DNA from: an uncultured Alphaproteobacteria bacterium
Lineage (GTDB): Bacteria > Pseudomonadota > Alphaproteobacteria > Rs-D84
Reading direction: 5' to 3'
NCBI GenBank assembly: GCA_944389535.1
Contig: CALXMS010000001.1
Location: forward strand, 103,202-167,201
DNA length: 64,000 nucleotides
Shown here: positions 1-9,035 of the stretch, piece by piece
Numbering within the stretch: the first letter of the stretch is position 1
Layout of the letters: each line of letters begins with the position of its first letter
Position numbers and translations under genes: made by a program
The notes under the pieces: generated by a model
Told to the model about the DNA's origin: nothing
The model's input: only the letters and a program-made list of their open reading frames with translations
Database searches by the model: none

Positions 1-223
1 CTGTTGTACCCGACGTAAAAACAATCTGGTTCGGCACAGCGTTTATAAATTTTGCTGTGCGCATGCGCGCAGCCGCAACCATATTATCTACGGCGCTTGC
101 ACGTGCACAAATTCCCCTTCCTGCATTAGCGTATGAGTGCCGCAGAAAATCCATTTCCGTTTTTATTACGGATTCGGGTTTTAAGGACGTAGCAGCAGCA
201 TCTAAGTATATGATATTATTCAT
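1..223 (-). CDS. Cysteine desulfurase (aminotransferase class V, IscS/NifS/SufS-like), N-terminal fragment running off the window edge
   Basis: The minus-strand translation from the ATG at ~223 reads MNNIIYLDAAATSLKPESVIKTEMDFLRHSYANAGRGICARASAVDNMVAAARMRTAKFINAVPNQIVFTSGTT. The YLD-AATS and FTSGTT motifs are typical of class V aminotransferases/cysteine desulfurases. The ORF is partial, so it is absent from the ORF track. Confidence 0.5.
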   Translation of the reverse strand, partial: MNNIIYLDAAATSLKPESVIKTEMDFLRHSYANAGRGICARASAVDNMVAAARMRTAKFINAVPNQIVFTSGTT

Positions 224-297
224 TTTATGATTTCTCTTGCATTTTATGGGGATTATAATACACTCCTGAGAAATATCAACAAGGAAGGAGTTGAAAA

Positions 298-618
298 ATG
301 GCTTTGGTACACGCAAATGACGCAAATTTTGAACCTCTAACGTCTTCTGGTATTTCGTTAGTAGATTTCTGGGCACCTTGGTGCGGTCCGTGCCGTATGT
401 TTGGTCCTATCTTTGAATCGGCGTCAGAAAAATTAACCGACGTTAATTTTATTAAATTTGAAATAGATGAATCAAATCGTCGTACACCAGCAAAATTTGG
501 AATTCGTAGCATTCCTAGCGTATTAGCGTTTCGTAACGGCGAATTAATTGAGGCAAGAACTGGTTTAATGGACGAAGAAACACTTATGGATTGGATACGT
601 GAAATAAAAGGATCCTAA
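298..618 (+). CDS. trxA: Thioredoxin
   Basis: 106 aa with the canonical WCGPC active site and a thioredoxin-fold length. A GGAGG-like RBS (aaggaagga) precedes the ATG. Confidence 0.9.
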   Translation: MALVHANDANFEPLTSSGISLVDFWAPWCGPCRMFGPIFESASEKLTDVNFIKFEIDESNRRTPAKFGIRSIPSVLAFRNGELIEARTGLMDEETLMDWIREIKGS

Positions 619-620
619 AA

Positions 621-1049
621 ATGGCAGTAAAAAATTATAAAAACATTGAATTACCGGCGAAATATGTTCCAAAAAAATCTGAACCATATATGTGTCCAGA
701 ACAGCTAGCATATTTTTATCGCTTATTAACGGCGCAGAAAGACGAATTGCTGCATGATGCTGATTCGACTTTAAGCGCTGTAAGAATTGGTGATAAATTT
801 GATAACGCTGGTGTTGGTGACGAATCTGACAATGCAGCCTTTGAACAAGAAATGACGATGAATTTACGTATGTCAGAAAGAGATAATAATTTATTAAAAA
901 AGATAAATGCGGCGCTAGAAAGAATTGAAAACGGTACTTATGGTTACAGCGTAGTTTCCGGCGACGAAATTGGTATATCTCGTATGCTGGCGCGTCCTCT
1001 TGCAACGATGACTATTGACGAACAAGAAGAACACGAAAAACGCGGTTAA
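621..1049 (+). CDS. dksA: DksA/TraR-family RNA polymerase-binding transcription factor (cysteine-less variant)
   Basis: 142 aa with a coiled-coil N-terminus and the C-terminal segment ALERIENGTYGYSVVSGDEIGISRMLARPLATMTIDEQ. This aligns to the DksA zinc-finger region, but the four Cys are replaced by S/V/S/T/I/D. The stop lies 3 nt after the trxA stop. Confidence 0.65.
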   Translation: MAVKNYKNIELPAKYVPKKSEPYMCPEQLAYFYRLLTAQKDELLHDADSTLSAVRIGDKFDNAGVGDESDNAAFEQEMTMNLRMSERDNNLLKKINAALERIENGTYGYSVVSGDEIGISRMLARPLATMTIDEQEEHEKRG

Positions 1050-1073
1050 CATTCGTGATACAATAATAAAAAA

Positions 1074-1096
1074 GGCCGGCAAAAACCGGTCTTTTT
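1074..1096. terminator. Bidirectional rho-independent terminator between dksA(+) and tatA(-)
   Basis: A GGCCGG-caaaaa-CCGGTC hairpin is flanked by an A-run upstream and a T-run downstream, so it is usable on both strands. Confidence 0.55.
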
Positions 1097-1110
1097 AAAA
1101 CGCGTTTTAT

Positions 1111-1371
1111 TTACTTTTTGCTGGTCTTTTTGACCGCTTTTTTTACTGTTTTTTTGGCAGTTTTTTTGCGTGAAACCGCGGGCGTTTTTATTTCGACTTT
1201 TTCTGCTTCTTTTACGCCTTGTTTTTCATTTTTATCTTTTAATTCTTTTTTAAATACGTTTATTCCATCTGCTAAATTTTTCATCATGCCTGGGATTTTA
1301 TTATGCCCAAACAAAATCAAAACCAGAACGACGATTACAAGAATTTCAGCCCAACCAAAACGTCCAAACAT
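1111..1371 (-). CDS. tatA: Twin-arginine translocase subunit TatA/E
   Basis: MFGRFGWAEILVIVVLVLILFG is the TatA transmembrane/hinge signature (FG..GWxEL). It is followed by an amphipathic helix and a Lys-rich tail. Length 86 aa. Confidence 0.85.
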   Translation of the reverse strand: MFGRFGWAEILVIVVLVLILFGHNKIPGMMKNLADGINVFKKELKDKNEKQGVKEAEKVEIKTPAVSRKKTAKKTVKKAVKKTSKK

Positions 1372-1389
1372 TTATACTACCTCTTATAA

Positions 1390-2178
1390 CTATTTAGTTA
1401 CGTAACATTCCACCCCATCGGCTTTTGCGTTACGACAAAAACCATTTGCATCTGCTGCCGCATTAAAACCTATACGTAATCTGTATGTAGTTGTACCGTT
1501 AGGTAATACCGCAGCTAAAATCACAAACTGATGACCAGAAAATAAACTCTGATGTGAAGACTGTAATTTACGCTGTCCCGCTTCTGCCAATGCCCGTGTA
1601 CTATAAGATCCGATTTGGGCATACCATGCAGATGCCTTCGGGGCTGTCTGAGTACGACGAGCTGGCTGTTGCACTGCCTTAGCCGCTGTCTTTTTAACTG
1701 TCGACTTTGTTGTAGTTTTTGCTGCTGGTTGTGCCGCAGGTTTATCAGGATTAAATTTTACATCCTTTCTATCTTCTACAACACGTACAGGAACACCAGG
1801 CGTTGCATTTTGCACAACAGGTTGAGGCGCCGCTTGCGGGGCCTGCTGTACAACAGGTTGCGGGTTTGGCGCAACTACAACAGGTTGTGCAGCATTAGGA
1901 TCCGGTGCAGGTCCAACAACCAAAGGTGCATTAGGATCTTCGCCTTCAACGACTACTGCCGGGGCATCCAAATTAACTTCCATAGTGGTTGAAGATTCCC
2001 CCTCAACCATACGAATTATTACATACGTAGCTAATATGATAACCAATACCCCCACCCCCATCAATAGCCATGGTTTTTTGGGGCGAGGCGTCGAAAACGG
2101 TGCCGCTTCGGGTAAAGCATCCATCGTATCAGCATCGTCGTTTAAATCTAATAAGTCCAAGTTATCATCGTTATTCAT
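1390..2178 (-). CDS. SPOR-domain peptidoglycan-binding protein, likely cell-division associated, with an N-terminal TM anchor and a Pro/Gln-rich linker
   Basis: A single N-terminal TM is followed by a long P/Q/A/V-rich low-complexity linker. The C-terminal ~75 aa (AWYAQIGSYSTRALAEAGQRKL...YRLRIGFNAAADANGFCRNAKADGVECYV) match the SPOR repeat pattern. Confidence 0.6.
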   Translation of the reverse strand: MNNDDNLDLLDLNDDADTMDALPEAAPFSTPRPKKPWLLMGVGVLVIILATYVIIRMVEGESSTTMEVNLDAPAVVVEGEDPNAPLVVGPAPDPNAAQPVVVAPNPQPVVQQAPQAAPQPVVQNATPGVPVRVVEDRKDVKFNPDKPAAQPAAKTTTKSTVKKTAAKAVQQPARRTQTAPKASAWYAQIGSYSTRALAEAGQRKLQSSHQSLFSGHQFVILAAVLPNGTTTYRLRIGFNAAADANGFCRNAKADGVECYVTK

Positions 2179-2252
2179 TTGGATTCCCCCATAGTTCTTT
2201 AAGTCTTATTATATCATAAAAAACCGTGTTTTCCAAAGATTATCTCTAAAAT

Positions 2253-2396
2253 TTACTTTGGCATTTGTCCGAAATTTGGCGGTACAATTAATTTATGATT
2301 TTCTTCTACTATTGGTTCTGTCTCGCACTTTGAGGCACATGCCGATAAAAGTATCGGTGTTATACACACTAATAATAATAACATCGCTTTTTTCAT
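2253..2396 (-). CDS. Small putative lipoprotein (47 aa), not in the ORF track
   Basis: The minus-strand ORF reads MKKAMLLLLVCITPILLSACASKCETEPIVEENHKLIVPPNFGQMPK. It has a signal peptide plus lipobox LLSAC. It lies in the 280-nt gap between the SPOR gene and thrS. Confidence 0.3.
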   Translation of the reverse strand: MKKAMLLLLVCITPILLSACASKCETEPIVEENHKLIVPPNFGQMPK

Positions 2397-2460
2397 ATTA
2401 TATCCCTTTGCTTATACATATATTATAATGGCGCGTTTTTAACGCGCCATATTTTTTTAC

Positions 2461-4194
2461 TTACGCCGGCATTTTTACAGCTTCTTTCATCTGAGATATA
2501 AAGTCATCAAGTTTTACAACTTCCTGCTTTTCTATCCCAAGGCGACGCAAAGTTACTGTTTTATCTGCCATTTCTTTTTCACCAACCACCGCAATAATTG
2601 GGGTTTTTGCCAAAGACAATTCACGGATTTTATAATTAACCTTCTCGTCACGTAAATCAGCCCGTGCATATATACCGGCATCATGCAAAGCATCAACTAT
2701 AGCTTCTGCATAATCACGGAACTTTTCAGAAATAGGGGTAACAACAACCGGTTCTGGTGACAACCACAAAGGCAAGTTTCCACCGGTTGATTCTAACAAT
2801 ATCGCCATAAAACGTTCAATAGATCCTAACATAGCACGATGCAGCATAATTGGACGGTGCTTTTCACCGTCTTCACCGATATAAGACAAATCAAATCTTT
2901 CCGGTAAATTCATGTCTAATTGTACCGTGCCACACTGCCATGTACGCCCCAGCGCATCTTTCAAGTAATTATCAATTTTCGGTCCATAGAATGCGGCATC
3001 ACCTTCTGCAATTTCATATTCAATGCCATTTGCATCCAGCGCATGTTTTAATGCACCTTCGGCTTTATCCCATATTTCATCAGACCCTATACGAAATTCA
3101 GATTCTTTACGGGTTGCTAGTTTCATAGAAATCTTATCAAAGCCAAACTTACCATAAATATCTTTAATAAAACGCAACACTTTTACGACTTCGGATTCTA
3201 ATTGCTCTTCCGTGCAGAAAATATGAGCATCATCTTGGGTAAATTCACGAACGCGCATCAACCCAGACAGACTACCAGCAGTTTCATAACGATTAACTTT
3301 ACCAAACTCGGCCAAATACATAGGCAAATCTTTATAAGACTTAATTCCCTGACCAAATACTAACATTCCGCCTGGGCAAGACATTGGTTTTACGCAGAAA
3401 GTTTTACCATCCTGAGTTTTACCAGAATAATTATGTTCACCATATTTAGCCCAGTGACCGCTACGTTCCCATAAAGAACGATCCATAACGGACGGAGTAG
3501 AAATTTCTAAATATCCTGCTTTTTCCTGACGATGACGGATATATTCAATTAATTTACGGTAAATTTTATATCCCTTATCATGCCAGAATACAGCCCCTGG
3601 TGCATAATCTGGTTCAAAATGGAATAAATCCATATCTTTACCTAACTTACGATTATCACGTCCTGCAGCTTCTTCTTGCATTTTTAAGAATTGTTCTAAT
3701 TCTTCTTTAGAAGCAAACGCATCTACATAAATACGTTGTAACATTTTATTTTTCGCATCGCCTTTCCAATACGCCCCCGCAACATTGCGAACCTTAAACG
3801 AATCGCGTGGTAAATCTTTTGAACTTTCAACGTGTGGTCCGCGACATAAATCAACGAAGTCTCTAAAAGTATAAATAGACAACTGCTCACCCGCGGCATC
3901 ATATTCGTTCAACCATTCCATTTTATATGGCTGATCGGCAAAAATTTGTTTTGCTTCTTCCAAAGATACATTACGCTGTTCAAACCTGCCGTTTGATTTG
4001 ATCAGTGAACGCATTTCTTGTTCTATTTTTTCAAAGTCTTCTTCTGAAAATCTGTGTTCAGTATCAAAGTCGTAATAGAACCCGTTTTCAATCGCCGGTC
4101 CCCCAGCAAATTTTACATCTGGATACAGTTTTTGTACTGCTGCCGCCATAACATGCGCCAAAGAATGACGAATCGTTTCAATAGGATATGCCAT
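2461..4194 (-). CDS. thrS: Threonine--tRNA ligase, a short form lacking the N-terminal TGS domain
   Basis: Has the HSLAHVMAAAV (HxxxH) editing-domain motif, the RDNRKLGKDMDLFHF class-II signature and a C-terminal anticodon-binding domain. At 577 aa it is about 65 aa shorter than canonical ThrRS. It begins directly at the N2/editing domain. Confidence 0.9.
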   Translation of the reverse strand: MAYPIETIRHSLAHVMAAAVQKLYPDVKFAGGPAIENGFYYDFDTEHRFSEEDFEKIEQEMRSLIKSNGRFEQRNVSLEEAKQIFADQPYKMEWLNEYDAAGEQLSIYTFRDFVDLCRGPHVESSKDLPRDSFKVRNVAGAYWKGDAKNKMLQRIYVDAFASKEELEQFLKMQEEAAGRDNRKLGKDMDLFHFEPDYAPGAVFWHDKGYKIYRKLIEYIRHRQEKAGYLEISTPSVMDRSLWERSGHWAKYGEHNYSGKTQDGKTFCVKPMSCPGGMLVFGQGIKSYKDLPMYLAEFGKVNRYETAGSLSGLMRVREFTQDDAHIFCTEEQLESEVVKVLRFIKDIYGKFGFDKISMKLATRKESEFRIGSDEIWDKAEGALKHALDANGIEYEIAEGDAAFYGPKIDNYLKDALGRTWQCGTVQLDMNLPERFDLSYIGEDGEKHRPIMLHRAMLGSIERFMAILLESTGGNLPLWLSPEPVVVTPISEKFRDYAEAIVDALHDAGIYARADLRDEKVNYKIRELSLAKTPIIAVVGEKEMADKTVTLRRLGIEKQEVVKLDDFISQMKEAVKMPA

Positions 4195-4281
4195 AATAAA
4201 AACCTTTTTATTTATATAAATAAAATTAAATTGTTATTGATTATTACACTGTGCGGGAAAAACCGCAAATAGAATCTACAC

Positions 4282-4314
4282 CCCCGTGGGGGTTGTTGTA
4301 GTTGTTATTATAAA
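4282..4314 (-). terminator. Structured hairpin downstream of the hlyIII-family gene; possible terminator
   Basis: CTACA-CCCCC-gtg-GGGGG-ttgt-TGTAG forms a nested stem (outer 5 bp, inner 5 bp G/C). The adjacent U-run is weak, and a second small GCGG-ttttt-CCGC hairpin lies at ~4253-4266. Confidence 0.25.
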
Positions 4315-4385
4315 GAATACTACATTTTTATTCATCATAGATGAATGTTAGTACTTAAAAGAAAAAATGTCAAATATGTTTTACC

Positions 4386-5132
4386 TTATAAATCAATAAT
4401 ACAACCGAACAAAACAGCGAAAAAGAAGCACACACTTCCAGCAATTACAAATAAATGCCAAATTGCATGTGAATACTTCATCTTACGCCACAGATAAAAA
4501 AACACGCCTATGGAATAAGATAATCCGCCAGCTAATATAAACCATAACGCCCTTACAGGTATGCTATATAACATTGCCGGTAAAATGAACAGCAGCGCCC
4601 ACCCCATTATCAAATACAATCCTACAATCCATTTAGGCTGCTGTTTAGGATTACGCATTTTTATGATAGACCCCGCTATAACAATCGCCCATAAAATCCC
4701 GAATACAGTCCAACCAATCCAACCACGTAAATTTACAAGCAAGAACGGCGTGTATGTGCCTGCTATTAAGGCATAGATAGCTACGCTATCCCATACTTCA
4801 AAGAAGCATTCACTCTTTTTTCCGATTGTTGCATGACACATAGTGGAACCAAAATAAAGTGTGAACATAGTCAAACCAAAAATAGCGCAAGAAACAATCG
4901 CCCATGGATTCCCCTTTAATGAGGCAAAAACAACCAGCAACGTCAAACCGGCGATTGCCAACCCGATACCTATGCCATGGGTTAAAATATTTACGGCCTC
5001 TTCTGACTTTGTGCTTGGTCTTTCCCAACGAAACAGACCCGTTGCACGTAATATTCGTAATAATCGACTGCCACGCTTATCCGATTTAACCGCCTTTAGT
5101 TTTGCACGAACAACTTTATTTGATTTAACCAT
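4386..5132 (-). CDS. Hemolysin III / PAQR-family integral membrane protein
   Basis: Seven predicted TM helices and the HlyIII C-terminal motif (YSHAIWHLFVIAGSVCFFFAV). The N-terminal ~40 aa is a Lys/Arg-rich extension. Confidence 0.8.
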   Translation of the reverse strand: MVKSNKVVRAKLKAVKSDKRGSRLLRILRATGLFRWERPSTKSEEAVNILTHGIGIGLAIAGLTLLVVFASLKGNPWAIVSCAIFGLTMFTLYFGSTMCHATIGKKSECFFEVWDSVAIYALIAGTYTPFLLVNLRGWIGWTVFGILWAIVIAGSIIKMRNPKQQPKWIVGLYLIMGWALLFILPAMLYSIPVRALWFILAGGLSYSIGVFFYLWRKMKYSHAIWHLFVIAGSVCFFFAVLFGCIIDL

Positions 5133-6705
5133 TTATTACGTCCTTTATACGATTAACAACTCTATCACTTCCCATAACTTGCATTATGGAATACAAGTCA
5201 GGTGTATTTGTGCGCCCGGTTAAAGCCACACGTAAATTCATTGCTACATCGCCATTTTTAACGCCTTTATCAGCAGCAATCGCCACAATTTTTGCCCACC
5301 ATGCATCTTTATCATCACAAATATCAAAGGTTGACAAGAATGTGCTTAATAAATCTTTGTTAAATTCATATTCTTTGTTCGGCACAAACAAATCATCCCA
5401 AAAGTATGAAACTTCCTGTAAAGTTTGTTTCCAAGTTATAAAGTCCTTACGTATACGCTTTGGATTATCACGTTCAATAGCCAAGATATTTTTCAAGTAT
5501 TCTGGATTATCACCGATTCGAGCCGCCCATTGCGGATCATATTCATCTGCCCAATCACGAACAAGTTTTACCAATTTATCAACCGGCAAAGTCCCGATAA
5601 ACTCACGCGCCCACCATTCCAACTTCTTCATATCAAATAACGCACCTGAAATAGGAATCTTTTTTAAACGCAATTCGTAATCCCAGATTGATTTAACCTG
5701 CCCTTTTGATTTTGCTTCTTCATAACCAGACGCAGCAATGTTACCAAGATATTCCAAAACAGCATCAGTCGGCCAACCATCCTGTAAAAAGAACGCAACA
5801 TTAGCTTCTGGGTCATGACGCTTTGATAACTTTCTTTGCTTACCCGTTTCTGGGTCAATCTTATCAATGGTTGATGTATGAATATATAACGGTGGTGTCC
5901 AACCCATCATACGAAATAACTGAATATGTAATGGAAAAGACGGCAACCATTCTTCACCGCGAACAACGTGCGTTGTTCGCATGAAATGGTCATCACATAA
6001 ATGCGCAAAATGATAAGTCGGCAGTCCGTCATTAGACTTAATCAGAACGATATCTTCATTGTTTTCTGGAAACCCGATAGAACCACGTACAGCATCCTTA
6101 CAGAAAATTCTGTTATCCGGATTACCAGTTGAATATAAACGAATTGAGGGTACTTCACCAGCATCTAAACGACGAATTATTTCTTCTTCTGATATATCCC
6201 TATCACGTGCAAATTCCCCATAAATACCAGTTGCGAAACCGGCCGCTTTTTGATTTTCGCGGATTTTTTCCATATCTTCAGACGTTAAAAAACAAGGATA
6301 CGCCAAACCACGTGCCAACAAATCTGCAGCAACACTATGATAGATATCCTTACGTTGCGATTGATAATAAGGGCCGTATTCTGGTATATCATTATATTCC
6401 AAACCGAATCGATGCATAGAATTTTCTATAATTTTAACGGCATCGGCAACCTCGCGCTTTGTATCTGTATCTTCTATGCGCAGCATAAATACACCACCTG
6501 ATTGCCGTGCTAATTTAGAATCTATAAACGCTTGATACAAACCACCAATGTGCATATAGCCTGTTGGGCTTGGTGCAAAACGAGTAACAAAAGCACCCTC
6601 TGATAAATTACGAGGCGGATATTTTTCTTCCAACTCTGCCAAAGTATATTTTGGTCTATTCCCAAGTACACGAGCAATCACATCTGCCGATAATCCTGTA
6701 CGCAT
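5125..6705 (-). CDS. gltX: Glutamate--tRNA ligase (class I; GluRS/GluQRS family)
   Basis: Has the HIGH-type motif (PSPTGYMHIGG), the KMSKS-type motif (KLSKRH) and a long C-terminal anticodon-binding domain. The start overlaps the hlyIII stop by 8 nt. Confidence 0.85.
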   Translation of the reverse strand: MRTGLSADVIARVLGNRPKYTLAELEEKYPPRNLSEGAFVTRFAPSPTGYMHIGGLYQAFIDSKLARQSGGVFMLRIEDTDTKREVADAVKIIENSMHRFGLEYNDIPEYGPYYQSQRKDIYHSVAADLLARGLAYPCFLTSEDMEKIRENQKAAGFATGIYGEFARDRDISEEEIIRRLDAGEVPSIRLYSTGNPDNRIFCKDAVRGSIGFPENNEDIVLIKSNDGLPTYHFAHLCDDHFMRTTHVVRGEEWLPSFPLHIQLFRMMGWTPPLYIHTSTIDKIDPETGKQRKLSKRHDPEANVAFFLQDGWPTDAVLEYLGNIAASGYEEAKSKGQVKSIWDYELRLKKIPISGALFDMKKLEWWAREFIGTLPVDKLVKLVRDWADEYDPQWAARIGDNPEYLKNILAIERDNPKRIRKDFITWKQTLQEVSYFWDDLFVPNKEYEFNKDLLSTFLSTFDICDDKDAWWAKIVAIAADKGVKNGDVAMNLRVALTGRTNTPDLYSIMQVMGSDRVVNRIKDVING

Positions 6706-6752
6706 TTTTTATTTTCCTTGTATTCGTATAAACCGAATTTTATACTAAATAT

Positions 6753-7385
6753 ATGGAAAAACAAGAGATAAGAACATTTGGACGACGTCACGGTAAAAAA
6801 TTATCCGCACGGCAAAACATTTTGTTAGAAAACATATTACCGACAATACAACCTTACGATTTACCGATAAATACCGGTTTAATTATGGAAATTGGTTTTG
6901 GTGCCGGTGAACATTTACGAGAAATAAGCCGGGAAAAACCGGGTAAAATTATAATTGGTGCAGAACCATTTATTAACGGTGTCGCATCACTGCTATCTGC
7001 AATTACAGACGAAAATAATTCGATTCGTTCCGAATATAAAAACATACGCATTTTTGCCGATGACGTGCGTAAATTCTTACGAGATACCGATTCGAAATTT
7101 GAACAAATTTGGGTTTTACACCCAGACCCTTGGCCGAAAGCAAGACATGAAAAAAGACGGCTTTTAAACGCTGATTTTTTGACGCTTCTGTCAAAACATC
7201 TTACACGAAACGGTGAAATTATAATTGGTACTGACCATTGGGAATACTTTGATTGGGTTATTAATCAAACAAAAAAAACACCACTAAAAATAAGTTTAAC
7301 AGACCTAGATACTATTCATACAAGGTATCAAGAGAAAAATAAGGCCGGTACTAAGAACCCAAAATATATGATTCTTAAAAATTAA
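6753..7385 (+). CDS. trmB: tRNA (guanine46-N7)-methyltransferase
   Basis: Has the SAM-binding motif IMEIGFGAGEHL and the conserved WVLHPDPWPKARHEKRRL segment of TrmB. Length 210 aa. Confidence 0.85.
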   Translation: MEKQEIRTFGRRHGKKLSARQNILLENILPTIQPYDLPINTGLIMEIGFGAGEHLREISREKPGKIIIGAEPFINGVASLLSAITDENNSIRSEYKNIRIFADDVRKFLRDTDSKFEQIWVLHPDPWPKARHEKRRLLNADFLTLLSKHLTRNGEIIIGTDHWEYFDWVINQTKKTPLKISLTDLDTIHTRYQEKNKAGTKNPKYMILKN

Positions 7386-8050
7386 ACCCTTATAAAAAAT
7401 TTAAGAGATCTAAGCAAATTTTGATGCATAGCTTCAGTTAATCTTACTACTTGTTCTATACGAGAAAAAATATTGCCAAGTAAAAAATGTAATTGGGGCG
7501 TATATTCATCATCTATAATACTTTCCAGTAATGAATATATACGTCCAACAAAATCGGACTTATCCCCGCTATCCTTAGGTAAAACTAACATTAACCCCGT
7601 AGCTCGTATTTTTTTTACCAAATTAAAAACATTTTCCCAATCACAAAAATTTATTTCATTTATATTTAAACCTATAAACAAAGATTTATTAAAGAACAAA
7701 TCATCTCTGATCATGTATAATTGTGATACCAATTCATTTAAATCGGTCATAGAAACGAAAATTTGTGCGCCATCTGCCCCCTGCTTAAAAGATTGATTTA
7801 TTTCTTCTGACAAATTAGATATATCTTCTATTTTATGTCCATTTAAATAAAAACGCGAAAAAATTTTGATATTTTTATTTTCTAACCATGGCCACATAAT
7901 AGAAACCGAAACAGGCGCAACAGATATTATAGGAATATGTTTTTCTATAGCAATTGACGCCATCCGTGCCAAATCCGTTGGTTCAAGTTCAGAGCCACAC
8001 CAAATTGCGCTTTCAGACACATCTAAAAGAATATCATCCTGTTTCATCAT
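7382..8050 (-). CDS. Hypothetical protein (ORFan; faint aldolase/TIM-barrel-like resemblance)
   Basis: A 222-aa ORF with no recognisable motifs. It converges on trmB with overlapping stop codons (TTAA). The segment HIPIISVAPVSVSIMWPWLENKNIKIFSRF weakly recalls DeoC-type aldolases. Confidence 0.4.
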   Translation of the reverse strand: MMKQDDILLDVSESAIWCGSELEPTDLARMASIAIEKHIPIISVAPVSVSIMWPWLENKNIKIFSRFYLNGHKIEDISNLSEEINQSFKQGADGAQIFVSMTDLNELVSQLYMIRDDLFFNKSLFIGLNINEINFCDWENVFNLVKKIRATGLMLVLPKDSGDKSDFVGRIYSLLESIIDDEYTPQLHFLLGNIFSRIEQVVRLTEAMHQNLLRSLKFFIRV

Positions 8051-8093
8051 TACCCTTTTTACTTTATCACAAATATGGTATAATTAAAACTAA

Positions 8094-9035
8094 ATGAAAA
8101 TACGTATAGATAATATATTATTATGCGTTTTATGGTTACTAGCCGTAACCCTGGGGGCATCTTTTTGGTTTAATACAGTTTTTGGTTTTGATATATTCTC
8201 TTCAGCTCATTGGGAATATATTGCTTTGCTTCAAGCGTCACATTCGCCTATAAAGACCGGTTTTTATGTATCTATGGCGATTACTATATTTGTTGCGATA
8301 TTTGGTTTGTATTTGGTTGTAAGACCCCGCATACGAAAAATCAGACTGCCTATAATGAGGGTAGATATGACACACAACAAAACTACAACCAACATTGAAC
8401 AACATCAAGATAACGTAATCCAATCAAATTCGGATGCATCGACTTTAGATTTATTACAAGCAGAAGAACAAAAATATACCCCTAATAAAGTGCCTTCTAA
8501 TCAATCTAATTTAGCGCGCCCGCCACGATTAACGTTACCGACGATAAATAATAATTTTATGTCTATGCCAGCTGAAACAACAATGTCATCTCACTTAACA
8601 ACTCGCACTACCCCAACTGATGAAGATACTTTAACCATTCAAAAAATCTTTATAAACACCGGTTATACAGTCAAACCTAACGTTACTTTAAACGGTATAA
8701 AAACGGTGTTAATAGCGATTGGTACGAATGAAACAATGTGGTTGGGTTGTATTGGGGTCAAAACAACAGATGTACGTGGAATAATAGAAAAATTCCAGCA
8801 GATATTTTCAGATACCCTGGACGAGACGGAAATATCAATAAACGGTTTTGTAATTGGTGCGCCAGACGCAGCTACCTCTGAGTTTCAAGATATATTAATG
8901 TTTAATACGATTAAAGACTTACAAGATTATGTGCAAGGAAGACAGAATCCGCCTTTGCCAGACGATGACGACGGTATGTTTGAAGCATATTCACAATACA
9001 TAGATGCAGTTATAACCCATATAGGTAAAATCTGA
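8094..9035 (+). CDS. Hypothetical membrane-tethered protein: two N-terminal TMs, a long S/T/N/Q/P-rich linker and a C-terminal ~140-aa globular domain
   Basis: 313 aa. TM1 is ILLCVLWLLAVTLGASFWF and TM2 is FYVSMAITIFVAIFGLYLVV, followed by the RPRIRKIRLP positive patch. A low-complexity TTTN...PTDEDT linker precedes the C-terminal domain, which ends in an acidic patch PPLPDDDDG. It is the first gene of a three-ORF operon with overlapping start/stop. Confidence 0.5.
   Translation: MKIRIDNILLCVLWLLAVTLGASFWFNTVFGFDIFSSAHWEYIALLQASHSPIKTGFYVSMAITIFVAIFGLYLVVRPRIRKIRLPIMRVDMTHNKTTTNIEQHQDNVIQSNSDASTLDLLQAEEQKYTPNKVPSNQSNLARPPRLTLPTINNNFMSMPAETTMSSHLTTRTTPTDEDTLTIQKIFINTGYTVKPNVTLNGIKTVLIAIGTNETMWLGCIGVKTTDVRGIIEKFQQIFSDTLDETEISINGFVIGAPDAATSEFQDILMFNTIKDLQDYVQGRQNPPLPDDDDGMFEAYSQYIDAVITHIGKI

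Noticed and set aside
276-1005. Minus-strand ORFs 276..512 and 565..1005 overlapping trxA and dksA
   Set aside because: They are antisense to strongly supported genes, low-complexity, and have no motifs. This is typical AT-rich antisense noise.
1615-2194. Cys/Arg-rich plus-strand ORFs (1615..1992, 1985..2194) inside the SPOR-protein gene
   Set aside because: They are antisense translations of a Pro/Gln-rich low-complexity region. The repetitive C/R/L composition is an artefact of the complementary strand.
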